From NCBI RefSeq assembly GCF_018350175.1, contig NC_058368.1, positions 122,204,001 through 122,268,000 on the forward strand: a stretch of DNA of 64,000 nucleotides. The letters are read 5' to 3'. The notes under the pieces are model-generated. The model did not search any database, was not told the DNA's origin, and saw nothing but the letters and a program-made list of their open reading frames with translations. How positions within the stretch are numbered: position 1 is the stretch's first letter; the number at the start of each line of letters is the position of its first letter. This stretch comes from Felis catus (Eukaryota). Positions 37,016 to 48,922 of this stretch are shown one piece after another. A program made the position numbers and the translations under genes.

Positions 37016-38634
37016 AAAAATTGTGTTCAAATATATAAAGTACTATCATATATAGTAAGAAAGAGTAGATTTATTTTGCGACTTCAAAGGCAGGACTCAA
37101 AGTCTAGAAGGTATAGAAGTATAGATTTCAGCTAATTATATAGAAGGACTGTTCATCGTTCAGGCATGACACGGGCCAGTTTGAGAGGCAGCATTTTCCT
37201 GGCTTAGAAGTGATTGAGCGGAGGTTGACGGCCATCTGTCAGGATGCAGAGTTGGACTCAATGTGGTAAGGACAACACCTGGGGCTCACACCCTTACCCA
37301 CCTTTAAGACATCATTTAGTGGAAACACCACTTTTTCCCATTGAGCTAGAAAATAAAATAAATTGTATTTGTCATCCCTGTATGATATTACCTCTTAGTT
37401 TCCTTCTAAATAGGAAATCCCATGTATATAGTACAGTGAATGTTTCTACAGTGAATGTTGAAGTGATGGTTAAAAAGAAACGGCTCAGTTGACTAAAGTA
37501 TTTGGGACCTATAGCATGAGTGTTGCTTTGTATTAGGCTTCATTTCCCAAGGGAACCAAGGTTGTGGGGTGAATTAGGCAATGTTCTGGGCTGGCTTCAG
37601 ACTACCAGATTTATACGCAGATATTTAATGATGTTCTCCTGGTGCCAGACACAATGCTAGGTACAGCTATTGCAAAGAAAATGTGTCAAGACGGGCACTG
37701 GGCACACTTCAAACAGAAGGTGATGATCTTATAAAAGACTTTTTGTCATCTCCCTGTTGGCCAGTTAAAATGAATTAGAATGATCAAAGGCATTAGCATT
37801 GAGTTCTTGCTTTGTGTAGTTCAGCCTACAAATCAAATACTGCTCTCTGTTTAGTACTGACAGACCATAATTCAGAGAGAAAGGTTCAGAGAGGTCAGTA
37901 TTTATGATTACCCGAAGTGTTTCATTTGCAAGAATTATAAATGGAAAATCTGGCACATAGTTAGAAATGGAGATCTTCTGATACATAAATTTGCCCCATT
38001 GATTTTTATGTATTTCTTAAACTGTGCACTGCTGCTTTCAATATTGTTTTGGAACAGATTGACCATAAATATTTAAATAACTGCTGTTCAACAATCAAAG
38101 CTACTCACAACAGTAGCTGTTTGAAGATACAAATGTGATCTGCGGAGGTCAAGAAAAGCAAGTTAAATACAAAAGATTCAAAGTAAATCTTGGTATGTGG
38201 TACTGCTCCAGCAACCAAAACAAGGCAAAGTTCATAAGGCGATGCTTCTAATATATTAGGTATTCAATAAATATTTTTGGAATGAGATGTGTGTATAATG
38301 GTATCTATCACTAATGTGGGGATGGGAGAGAAGAGAGATTTTAGCTTTCACAATGACAAAAATGACAGAGCCACAGAATCATGGTGAAGTCGGATCTAAT
38401 GCTGGCTACATAGTTTTACTTTGCTTTTTAGTTTATCCTTCAGTTTGAAAGGAGATATGCCAAAAACACAGAGGGCTTTAAATCCAGGGTCTGTCACCAA
38501 AATACAGCAAAGCAGCTCGTGTCTTAACAACTAGTCTAAGAAATATCTTCCTTAAGTGACTGGAATACCTAGTCTTTCCATTGTACATGTAAGAGATGCT
38601 AGACTCTTAAACTTGGTTTTATAAATGTCTTAGA

Positions 38635-38843
38635 GGGGCACCTGGGTGGCTTAGTCAGTTAAGCGGCCGACTTCGGCTCAGGTCATGATCTCACAGTCCG
38701 TGAGTTTGAGCCCCGCGTCGGGCTCTGTGCTGACAGCTCAGAGCCTGGAGCCTGCTTTGGATTCTGTGTCTCCCTCTCTCTGTCCCTCCCCTGCTCATGC
38801 TCTGTCTCTCCCTGTCTCAAAAATAAATAAAAACATTAAAAAA
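38635..38843 (+). mobile_element. Feline SINE
   Basis: TSD TTTATAAATGTC(T/A)TAGA at 38618-38634 and 38844-38860. Confidence 0.95.
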
Positions 38844-39327
38844 TTTATAAATGTCATAGAGAAGCCTTCTTTGCCCTTCTACGTCAGGGCCAGTGATCAT
38901 ATATGGCAGCTATGGGAGTGCTCTTCTCATATCTTCCTGCGGGGAAAACACGCTGTCAGCAGTGTAATTGGAAGAATCCTCTAACTGCCATACCTTTAGG
39001 ACCCACCGGAGCACCAATACTGAGGCCATGCTCCCCCTGGGCTGCTCCCAGCCAGTGACTGAGTGTAGCATGGGTGCTAGATGTGTCCATTCCAGCCCTA
39101 ACAGAGGACTCCTCTAAAATGTAATCTTTGCTCGGGAGCTTTCCTTTAATCTGGCCAAGGTTTTTTTCAGAGCTGCATAGCTGTCTTATGTTCTTTCTAC
39201 TCAGTCTCTCCTCTCTCCTTATACAGGGGTCAGACTTCCATCACTACCTGCAACTCTCCCCACTCCTTTTTCTCTCCCTTATTTCCTCCATAAGCATGTC
39301 TAATAAGTCTCTCAACATTAAAAAAAA

Positions 39328-39537
39328 TTTTAATGTTTTATTTATTTTTGAGAGAGAGAGATAGAACATGAGTAGGGGAGGGGCAGAGAGAGAGAGAGAG
39401 GGAGACAAAGAATTTGAAGCAGGCTCCAGGCTCTGAGCTGTCAGCACAGAGCCCGATGCAGGGCTCAAACTCATCAACTGGGAGATTACGACCTGAGCCA
39501 AAGTCAGAGGCTTAACTGACTGAGACATCCAGGCACT
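39328..39537 (-). mobile_element. Feline SINE
   Basis: Antisense full-length body. Confidence 0.93.
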
Positions 39538-39559
39538 CTATATCTTAACATTTTATTTT

Positions 39560-39777
39560 ATATATTAAAAATTAATGTTCATTATTTATTTTTTGAGATA
39601 GAGAAAGACAGAGTGCAAGCAGGGGAGGGGCAGAGAGAGTGGGAACACAGAATCCGAAGCAAGCTCTAGGCTCTGAGCTGTCAGCACAGAGCACAACATG
39701 GGGCCCAAACCTACGAACTGTGAGATCATGACCTTACTGTCAGGACATATAACCAACTAAGCTACCCAGGCATCCCT
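39560..39777 (-). mobile_element. Feline SINE, more diverged, in tandem with the previous one
   Basis: Antisense body ending CTACCCAGGCATCCC. Confidence 0.9.
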
Positions 39778-42728
39778 ATATTTTAAATTCAGTCTTGGCA
39801 TTTGCTTTCTTGAGGGCCCAAATGGACATACCCAATTACATACTCTCGAAGTACCTTGTATCTTTTCTTCAAAGCTCACAGATTTTCCAATTATATACTT
39901 ATTTGTGACCTTATTTGATAAGTGATTCTCCTCCCATTAGACTTTTGATTTCTACTGGGATTAATAAACCTTTCTATTTCATTTCTAGAATCTGTGAAAC
40001 AACCTAGAAGATTACAAGTTATTTATAAATATTTACTGAGTGAATAAATGAATAAAAAATAGTGATGGTCCCACATCTTGAAAAAGTTGGGGGCTGTATT
40101 AAAAAGGATGGAACAAAGTAGTCACAATCAACTTTGGCAAAAGAATGAAACCAGGTAGGGTAAAAAGATAGAAGGAAAACTGAAAATAAGTCAACATTAC
40201 TTGTACATTTACTTAATTATACCTTCTGCTTATGGGGTTTTGAAAGGGATTGTGAGAGAAGGTGTAGTTAATGCTACAGAGATCTCAGAGCTCTGATTCT
40301 CAGAACCTGGTATTAATACATTTGTTTTAATTCTTAATTCCTACCTACAGCATACAGTACTGATGGGATAGTCATACTAGACTGATACCTTGTCAGCATT
40401 AGTCATATCCTTGAAGTTCAGACATTTATGTGCATTACTGAAAAAGGAAGAAACCTTCCAAACCAAACTAAGCAAATTTCCATGAAAACTGATAGCTCAG
40501 GGAAGTGTTTTAGGAGAAAGGCTACCCAACCAAAAGTTTCCAGGGTATCGTGTTATTCCATGTAGCACAGTGTCATTAACTCTTACAGTCACTGCAAAAC
40601 TTGTGAGTTTCCTGATGGCATACAGAGTTGGTAGTGTACGTGAACAGGTATGGAGGTAAAAAAGTAATTTCTGACTTCTGTTTCTGGCCATGATGGGGCA
40701 AGGGATATAAGACTAGCTCTTCTACTATAAACAGTAAAAAACTAGACAGAATGTGAGGGGAAAAAAAACTATTTTCAGATACAAAACAATGACTAACACA
40801 GAATTGTAATCCCTTAGAGAAAGAAAACAAACATGCAAAGCCTTTCAGTCTGGAGGCACTTGATGGACCCCAGGGTAAGAAAGGGGCAGCCAAGCAAATC
40901 ATGACCTTCTTGCTATGCTGAGGAGACAGAGTATTTCTGGGAGTCTAAGCCAGCTGTAATTTGGAGTCAGAGTGGTAAGGAGCAGAAAGCAGAGGAGAAG
41001 TTTAATAAATGTAAAAAGGAAGTCTTCTTGAGTCTCAGACTATATACTAAGAGAAACATGCACAGTGTGAAACTCCACAAGCCTGGAAAAGAATGACCAG
41101 TAAGCCTAAAATATTGGGAAGGTGTAAACTGACTACCTATGAGAACTACCTCCCAAATGGGATATGATTATCTGGAGCATGCAGTACAGACCCCAGAAAG
41201 GCCATGCCCCAGCCTCAGGGCTAAACCAACCACAGAGTAATAGTTCATCTCGGTTCACCCAAGCAAAGCTTCAACACAGGCTTTAAAGGGACGGGATTAT
41301 TAACAAAAAAATTAACTGCCTACCAGAATAAAATAGAATATTCAGTCAAAAGAAATAATGCTAAACATTATAGACATGATGGTATTATTAGTCAAGGAGG
41401 TAAAAAGATCTATTAAAAATATTCAAGGACTTAAAGGAAACAAGAAAATAATGAGAAGAGAAAAAAATCTATGAAAAAGTACCTAATTGAACTTCTAGAG
41501 CTAAAAAATACAGTGTCTAAAATGAAAACCTTAGTAGGATGAACTTTAAACACAACAGAAGCAAAAATCACTGGCATTGAAGACAGGATATAAAACTACC
41601 TAAACTGAAACACAGAACTGCTAAAAAATAAAAAATAAACAGAAGTTTAGTGATCTGTAGGAATACATCAAGCCATTGAACATTAAGTGAAGTGCTCGAA
41701 GGAGAGTAAGAGGTGGGCACAAAAGGTATTGATAGAAAAGACAGCTAAAATTTTCCAAATTTCATTACAAAGTATAAACCCATAGAACTAAGAAACTCAA
41801 TAAAGCCCACTTAGGATAAATTAAAAAAAAATCTTTGTAAGATACATAATAATAAAATTAGTTAATAACAGTTACAAAGATAAAATCTTTAAAACAATCA
41901 GGAAAAAAGGTCCATTATATAGAGGGGAACACACTTAAGAATTACCACTGACTTCTCATCATAAATAGTATAAACCATTGAGATAATGGAAGAGCATCTA
42001 TAAGTGTTGAAATAAGTTTTTTTTAACTCTATCAACCAAGAGTTCTATAACCAATGAAAATATCTTTCTATCTTTCAAATATGAAGGCAGCATAAAGATC
42101 CTTCGAGAGAAGAAAGAAAAAGGTATGTGAATTCATTGCCATGAAAATGATTGTAGATGTGAATTAGGATCTACATAAAAGAATGAGGAAAACTGGCAAT
42201 GGTAAACACACCAGTAACCATAAAAGATTTGTTTACTAGTGTTTAATTTTTAAAAAAAAATTTGACTTACTAAACCAAACATTTGACTCATTAAACCAAA
42301 AAGCCTACCAGTGAATTGTGTCACATTATGGGTGCACCTATGACATATATGTACACCTATCTGTACAAACAGCCTATATAGAAATAGTAACACAAAGATT
42401 AGACAGGGAAAAGAATATTGCTACTTATATTACACATAAACGATATAATATTTAGACTATGCTGTTAGGTATATATTTTAAATCCTAGAGAAATCACATA
42501 AAAATAAAACGAAAAGGTATAGCTAATAAGTCAATAGAGGAGATAATATGCTAAAGGTAGTCAATAAAAATAAAGGCAAAAAAAAGAGGAAGTAAGGACA
42601 AAGAACAGATGGACAAATAGGACTGTCAATTTAAAAATGGAGTAAGAACACCAGTTAAAAGGCAGAGATTTACAGATTGGATAAAAATGCAAGCTCCAAC
42701 TAAATGCTGCCTTTAAAAAATGCACTTT

Positions 42729-43645
42729 ATTTTGGTTTTTTGGCACTGAAATAAAAGTAGTTTTATTTATTTTAATTTTTTAATGTTTATTCTTGAGGGA
42801 GAGAGAGAGTGAGAGAGAGAGAGACAGACAGAGCTTGAGTGGGGGAGGGGCAGAGAGAGAAAGGGAGACACAGAATCTGAAGACTCCAGGCTCTGAACTG
42901 TCAGCACAGAGCCCAAAGTGGGACTCGAACTCACAAACTGCGAGATCATGACCTGAGCTAAAGTCGGACGTTTAACTGATTGAGCCACCCAGTTGCCCAA
43001 AAGTAGCTTTATTTTTATTTATTTTTATTTTTTAATATAGTTTATTGTCAAGTTAGCTAACATACAGTGTATACAGTGTGCTCTTGGGTTTGGGGGTAGA
43101 TTCCCATGATTCATCGCTTACATACAACACCCAGTGCTCATCCCAAAAAGTGCCCTCCTCAATGCCCATCATCCATTTTCCCCTCTCCCCTGCTTGCCCC
43201 ATCAACCCTTAGTTTGTTTTCTGTATTTTCTGTATTTAAGAGTCATTTATGGGTTTCCCTCCCTCTCTGTTTGAAACTATTTTTTCCCCTTCCCTTCCCC
43301 ATGGTCTTCTGTTAAGTTTCCCAAATTCCACATATGAGTGAAAACATATGATATCTGTCCTTCTCTGACTGACTTTTTCACTTATACCCTCCAGTTCTAT
43401 CCACATTGTTGCAAATGGCAGGATTTCATTCTTTCTCATTGCCAAGTAGTATTCCATTGTATATATAAACCACACCTTCTTTATCCATTCATCAGTTGAT
43501 GGACATTTGGGCTCTTTCCATACTTTGGCTATTGTTGAAAGTGTTGCTATAAACATTGGGGTACAAGTGCCCCTATGCATCAGCATTCCTGTATCCCTTG
43601 GGTGAATTCCTAGTAGTGCTATTGCTGGGTCGTAGCGTAGTTCTA
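42729..43645 (-). mobile_element. 5'-truncated carnivore/feline L1 with short 3' extension
   Basis: ORF 43236-43586 is the L1 ORF2p C-terminus. TSD TTTAAAAAATGCACTTT at 42712-42728 and 43646-43662. Confidence 0.93.
42761..42998 (-). mobile_element. Feline SINE inserted in the 3' extension of the adjacent L1
   Basis: TSD AAAAGTAG(T/C)TTT on both sides (starting 42753 and 42999). Confidence 0.95.
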
Positions 43646-43988
43646 TTTAAAAAATGCACTTTAAATATAAAAACATAGGTCAAAAGTAAAAGGATAGAAA
43701 AAGTCATGTCATGTAAACAACCCTAAGAGACTTATCCTAATATCAGAAAAAAACGGAGTGAAGGACAAACTATATTTCCAGGGCCAAAGGGGGCATTTTG
43801 TACTGACACATCAGAAAGATATAATAATATTAAATATGTATGGGTCCTGTAACAGAACTTAAAATTAAGCAAAACTAACTAGAACCAAAAGGAAAAATAG
43901 ACATATTTACATTTATAATAGAAAACTTCAATATTCCACTCTCAAAAACTGGTAGAGGTAGATTGACAATCAATAATAATCAGAAGAC

Positions 43989-44245
43989 GGGGCACCTAGG
44001 TGGCTCAGTCGGTTAAGTGACCTCTTTCGGCTCAGGTCATGATCTTGCAGTCTGTGGGTTTAAGCCCTGCATCAGGCTCTGTACTGGCAGCTCAAAGCCT
44101 GGAGCCTGCTTCATATTCTGTCTCTGTCTCTGTCTCTGTCTCTGTCTGTCTCTGTCTCTGTCTCTCTCTCTCTGCCCCTCCCCCACTCATGCTCTGTCTC
44201 TCTCCCTTCAAAAATAAATTTAAAAAAAAAGAAAAAAAAAAGAAA
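43989..44245 (+). mobile_element. Feline SINE with (TCTCTG)n expansion
   Basis: GGGGCACCTAGGTGGCTCAGTCGGTTAAG head and an A-rich tail. Confidence 0.93.
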
Positions 44246-44746
44246 ATAATAAAGACTTAAAATTAGTGATGTAAGCTTATACTTGAAGAATCTAGAAAAA
44301 AGAAAAGTAAAGTAAAACCAAAGTGAGGAGAAAGAAGGAAATAATAAAGTTAGGAGCAGGAATCAAAAACAGAACAAAGAATAGGCCCTTTAAAAAGAAA
44401 AATAAAATTAATAAATCTTTGGATGGAACAATGAAGGATAAAAGGAGACAGACAAAAACAAAATTAACAATATGAGGAATGAAGGAAGTGACCTCATTAC
44501 AGATCTTATAGACTTTACAAGGGAAATAAGTAAATATTATTAACAACCTTATGCCAATGAATTTTCCAACCTAGACAATAGATAATCTCTGAAAAACACA
44601 AATGAACAAAACAGACACAAGAAGGTATAGAAAATCAGAAGATCCCTCTCTCTATTAAAGAAATTAAATTTATAACAAATAAAACCCTTCCCATAGTCTC
44701 AGGCCAATGGCTGCAATGGCAACTTTGATCAAATATTTAAGGAAGA

Positions 44747-44967
44747 GGGGGCGCCTGGGTGGCGCAGTCGGTTAAGCGTCCGACTTCAGCCAGGTCACGA
44801 TCTCGCGGTCCTTGAGTTCGAGCCCCGCGTCAGGCTCTGGGCTGATGGCTCAGAGCCTGGAGCCTGTTTCCGATTCTGTGTCTCCCTCTCTCTCTGCCCC
44901 TCCCCCGTTCATGCTCTGTCTCTCTCTGTCCCAAAAATAAATAAACGTTGAAAAAAAAATTAAAAAA
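44747..44967 (+). mobile_element. Young SINEC_Fc
   Basis: Essentially consensus-like with CpGs retained. Perfect 16-bp TSD AAATATTTAAGGAAGA at 44731-44746 and 44968-44983. Confidence 0.98.
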
Positions 44968-46097
44968 AAATATTTAAGGAAGAAATACTATTCTTATATA
45001 AGCTCTCAGAAAATGGAGGAGGAGGAAACAATTTTTTTGAACATGTTGTATGAGGCCAACATTCCCCTGACACTGAAATCGCACACAGACATTACAGGAA
45101 GATAAAACTGAACACCAACATCCTGCTGATCATAAGTATGACAATCCATAACAAAATATCAGCAAATAGAAGCAAGCAATACATAAAAAGTGCGATCAAT
45201 CATGACCAAAGGCAAGGTTGGTTTAAAAGTCAATCCATCGAATCCATCATATTAAAGAAATATAAGAAATAAATTATATGATCATCTCAATAGATCCATT
45301 TGATCAATTCAATATCTAGTCATGATAAAAGCATTCAGAATTAAAGAAAATTTCTCAATGAAATAAAGGCCATATACAAAAACCTACAATTAACATATTA
45401 GTGGTGAAATAATGAATTCTTTTCTAAGATTAGGAACAAGGATATCTACTCTCAACACTTATATTCAACATTGTATTAGACATCCATAAAGGAAGAAAAT
45501 AAATAAGAAATAAAGATTTCCAAGGAAAAAATAAGACTGTGAGGTAGAATACCTTAAGGAACTCAGCAAAAAGTACTACAACTAGTAAGTGAATTTAGCT
45601 AGTTCTTGCAGTTCAAGACCAAAATACAAAATTCCATTTGACTTCTAGATGCTAGAAAAAATATTAGAATATGAAAGTTTAAAATGCCATTTACAACTGA
45701 AGTAAAAATATTTGTGAGAAAAATTTAAGAAATCTAAATGAATGGAGAAATATGATATTCATGGGTCAGAAGACTCAATAGCGTTAGATGTCAATTCTTT
45801 CCAAATTGATGTATAAACTCACTACAATCCCAATCAAAAGCCCAGCGGCCTTCATTGTGGAAATTAACAAGTTGATTCTTTCATTCTTTCATGTAGAAAT
45901 GCAAAAGACCTAGAGGAGTGAAACAATTTTGAAAAGAAAGAACAAAGTTGAAGAACTAACACTACCTGATTTAGAGCCATTAAAAAGGGCACTGATAAAT
46001 TTTACCTGATCAAAATTAAGAACTTCTGCTCCCTAAAAGATACTGTTAAGGGGATACAAAGATGAGCTACAGGCTGTGAGAAGATATTTGCAAATAT

Positions 46098-46320
46098 GTA
46101 AGTGATGAATCACTAAATTGTACTCCTGAAACCAATATTACACTATATATTAACTAAATTATAAGTAAAAAATTGATACAAAACAAAACAAAAAACTAAA
46201 ATACTTATAGCACTTGTAAACATAGCATAGTAGAGAGAAGTGGAATTAACTATGTTGTACACCTGAAACTAATGTAACTTTGTGGGTCAGCTATACTCAA
46301 ATAAAAAAATTAAAAAATAT
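46098..46320 (+). mobile_element. Two short carnivore L1 3'-terminal fragments inside the old L1
   Basis: TGAATCACTAAATTGTACTCCTGAAACCAATATTACACT and TGTTGTACACCTGAAACTAATGTAAC, each followed by an A-rich tail. Confidence 0.75.
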
Positions 46321-47219
46321 CGCATACCTGGCAAGAGAGTTATATAACTAGAAAATATATAAAAAACTCTCAAAACTCACTTATAAGCAAACAATCCAAT
46401 AAAATGTGGGCAAAATATTTGGATACTTCACCCAAGAAGATACACAGATGACAAAGTAGAGCATGAAAATATGCCTAAATTCATTAGTCCCTAAGGAAAT
46501 GCAAATTGAAACCACAATGAGATACCACTATACACCTACTAGAATGGCTAACATTACAAAGATTGACTCTATGAAGTGTGGAAGACAATGCGGGGAACTG
46601 GAATTCTGATACATTGCTGGTGGGATGTAAGATGGTCCTACCACTTTACGGAACAATTTGGCAATTTCTTAAAATATCCCCCTATCATTTTACCCAGGAA
46701 TCCCACTCCTAGGTATTTACCCTAGAGAAAAGAAAGCATATCTCCATAGAAAGAATTGTCCATAAAGGTTCACTGCTGCTTTATTTATAATTATCCCACA
46801 CTTGTTATAATCCAAAAGTCCATCAACAGGTATCAAAGTATAGTAAATCCAGACAAAGGCACACTTCTCAATGAAAAGATTGAACTACTGATACCCACAG
46901 CAACACTGAGGATTTTAAAAAATTATACTTTAATTTAAATTTTTGAGCAAAAAACCCAGAAAAGAAACATACATTATGATTCTATATACATAAAATTATA
47001 GAATATGCAAACCAATTGTGTCAGAAAGCAGGTCAGGGAAAGGGAGAGGGTACAGAGGAACACAAGGAACCTTCTTGGGAGTGATAAATATTTTCATTCT
47101 CTTAATTAGTGACAGTTTCATGGGTGCCTAAGTATGTCAAAGCTTACCTAATTGTACACTTTCATAGGTACAATTTACTGTATGTCAATTATGCCCCAAT
47201 AAAGTTGTTAAAATAGGTA

Positions 47220-48145
47220 AACTATTTGAATAAGTATTTCTCAAAAAAAGATTTAAATGGCCAATAAGCACACAAATAAATGCCTAACATCCTCAGAAAC
47301 TTGGGAAATAAAAATAAAACCATGATAAGCTACTACTGTACATGTGCTAGAGTGTCTAAAATGAAAAAGAGTAGCAAATGCAACTGTTGGCACTATTTGA
47401 AGAAACAGAAACTCTTACACATTGCTCATTAGAGTATAAAATGATGCAACCACTTTTGCTATTTCTTATAATATTAAACATAACTTAGCACATGACCTAG
47501 TAGTTCTGCTCCTAGTATTTACCCAGGGGAAATCAAAGCTTGTATTTGCATAAAGCTTTGTAAAGGAGTAGCTTTATCAGTAATAGTCAGAAACTGGAAA
47601 AAAAAACACAAATATCTATCATCAAGTCAATGAAGAAACACATTTTGGTACATCCACATGATGAAGTCCTGTACAGCAATAAAATGAAGGAACCACTGAC
47701 ACATACAACAATATAGATGAATCACAAGAAGATTTTGCTGAGTGAAAGAAATCAGACACACACAAAAACATTCATAGAAATCCATTTATATGAAGTTCTC
47801 CAAGGATAAACTAACCCATAGTGATAGAAATTAAGTCCGTGTGTTCATATAAGATTGTGAACGTACTAACTCCCAATGAATTATTCACTTCAGAATGGTT
47901 GATTTTGTGTTATGTCAATTTTGCCTTGATTTTTAAAAAATCAGTGTGTATGACTGGGATAGGAAGTGTGGAAAGTCACTATAAATGGGCACAAAGTAAT
48001 CGTTTGGAATGAGGGAAATGTTCTGTATCTTGATTGTGGTGGTGATTAAGGGGAGTATACATTGGTTAAATCTTCGTGAGTTAAACTCTTAAGTGGATGG
48101 ATTTTATTGCATGTAAATTATGTCCCAATAAAGTTGATTTAAAAT
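47220..48145 (+). mobile_element. Second ancient L1M 3' fragment
   Basis: Repeats the ORF2 C-terminal/3'UTR motifs, ending GCATGTAAATTATGTCCCAATAAAGTTGATTTAAAA. Confidence 0.75.
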
Positions 48146-48703
48146 GCATTTTCTCAGCTTTCAGGGCAGCTATGGGTGATTACGTTGTCTCTCTGGGACA
48201 GTGAGAGGTAAGCAGAAGTCAGTGGGTGAGGCTTCCAGAGTATCTTTTTAACAAGAGACAGCTCAGTTGGAATGGTAGCTTTTGTGTTTCCTCTTCTTCA
48301 TGAAGAGGAGATATTTGAAGTCTACTTAATCTACGGTTTCCTATGCTCTCTGATTGCTGGTTGGGTTTAGCCAGTATGGATTCCCACTGGGACAGAAGAG
48401 GAAGCAAAGTTAGTGAGGTCAGAGGATTTATACTCCTATGTTTTTTTCTACAAGGTCTTCAGTTACCTCTTAACAGAAGAAAATCTTGGCTTCCTCTTAA
48501 AGTAGAGGACTGAAGAGAACTTCTTTTCTGGTGTCAGTAACCTCATCTCCTTGATTCCAAGGGCCCAAGGCTAATAACATTTCAGCCTCTGGTTACTGGA
48601 CTGTTCTGTGTTTACTGAGAAGGAATACATATACATAAAGTACACACCATGATGGTTTTTTTTTTTTCCACTCACATAACCACTTCCTAGATCAAGAAAT
48701 AGA

Positions 48704-48922
48704 GGGGCACCTGGGTGGCTCAGTCAGTTAAGCATCTGACTCCTGGTTTAGGCTCAGGTCATGATTTCACAGTTTCATGAGTTCAAGCCCCTCATTGGGT
48801 GCTGTGCTGTCAGTGCAGAGCCTGCTTGGGATTCTCTCTCTCCCCCTCTCTGCCTTTCCCCCACTTGTGCTGTCTCTGTCTCTATCAAAAAAATAATTAT
48901 TTATTTAAAAAATTTTTAATTT
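48704..48922 (+). mobile_element. Carnivore SINE
   Basis: TSD AAGAAATAGA at 48694-48703 and 48923-48932. Confidence 0.94.

Larger units (their letters stand above)
38960..39828 (+). mobile_element. ERVL LTR16A-like solo LTR interrupted by two SINEs
   Basis: CTGAGGCCATGCTCCCCCTGGGCTGCTCCCAGCCAGTGACTGAG, with 3' end GTCTTGGCATTTGCTTTCTTGAGGGCCCAAATGGACA. Confidence 0.75.
40670..47215 (+). mobile_element. Long, decayed ancient L1M element (5'UTR, ORF1, ORF2, 3'UTR remnants) hosting multiple carnivore insertions
   Basis: Collinear remnants: 5' CTGGCCATGATGG; ORF1-like GAACTTCTAGAGCTAAAAAATACAGT; ORF2-like GGCAGAGATTTACAGATTGGATAAAAA and ATGATCATCTCAATAGAT; 3' end TATGTCAATTATGCCCCAATAAAG. Confidence 0.8.
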
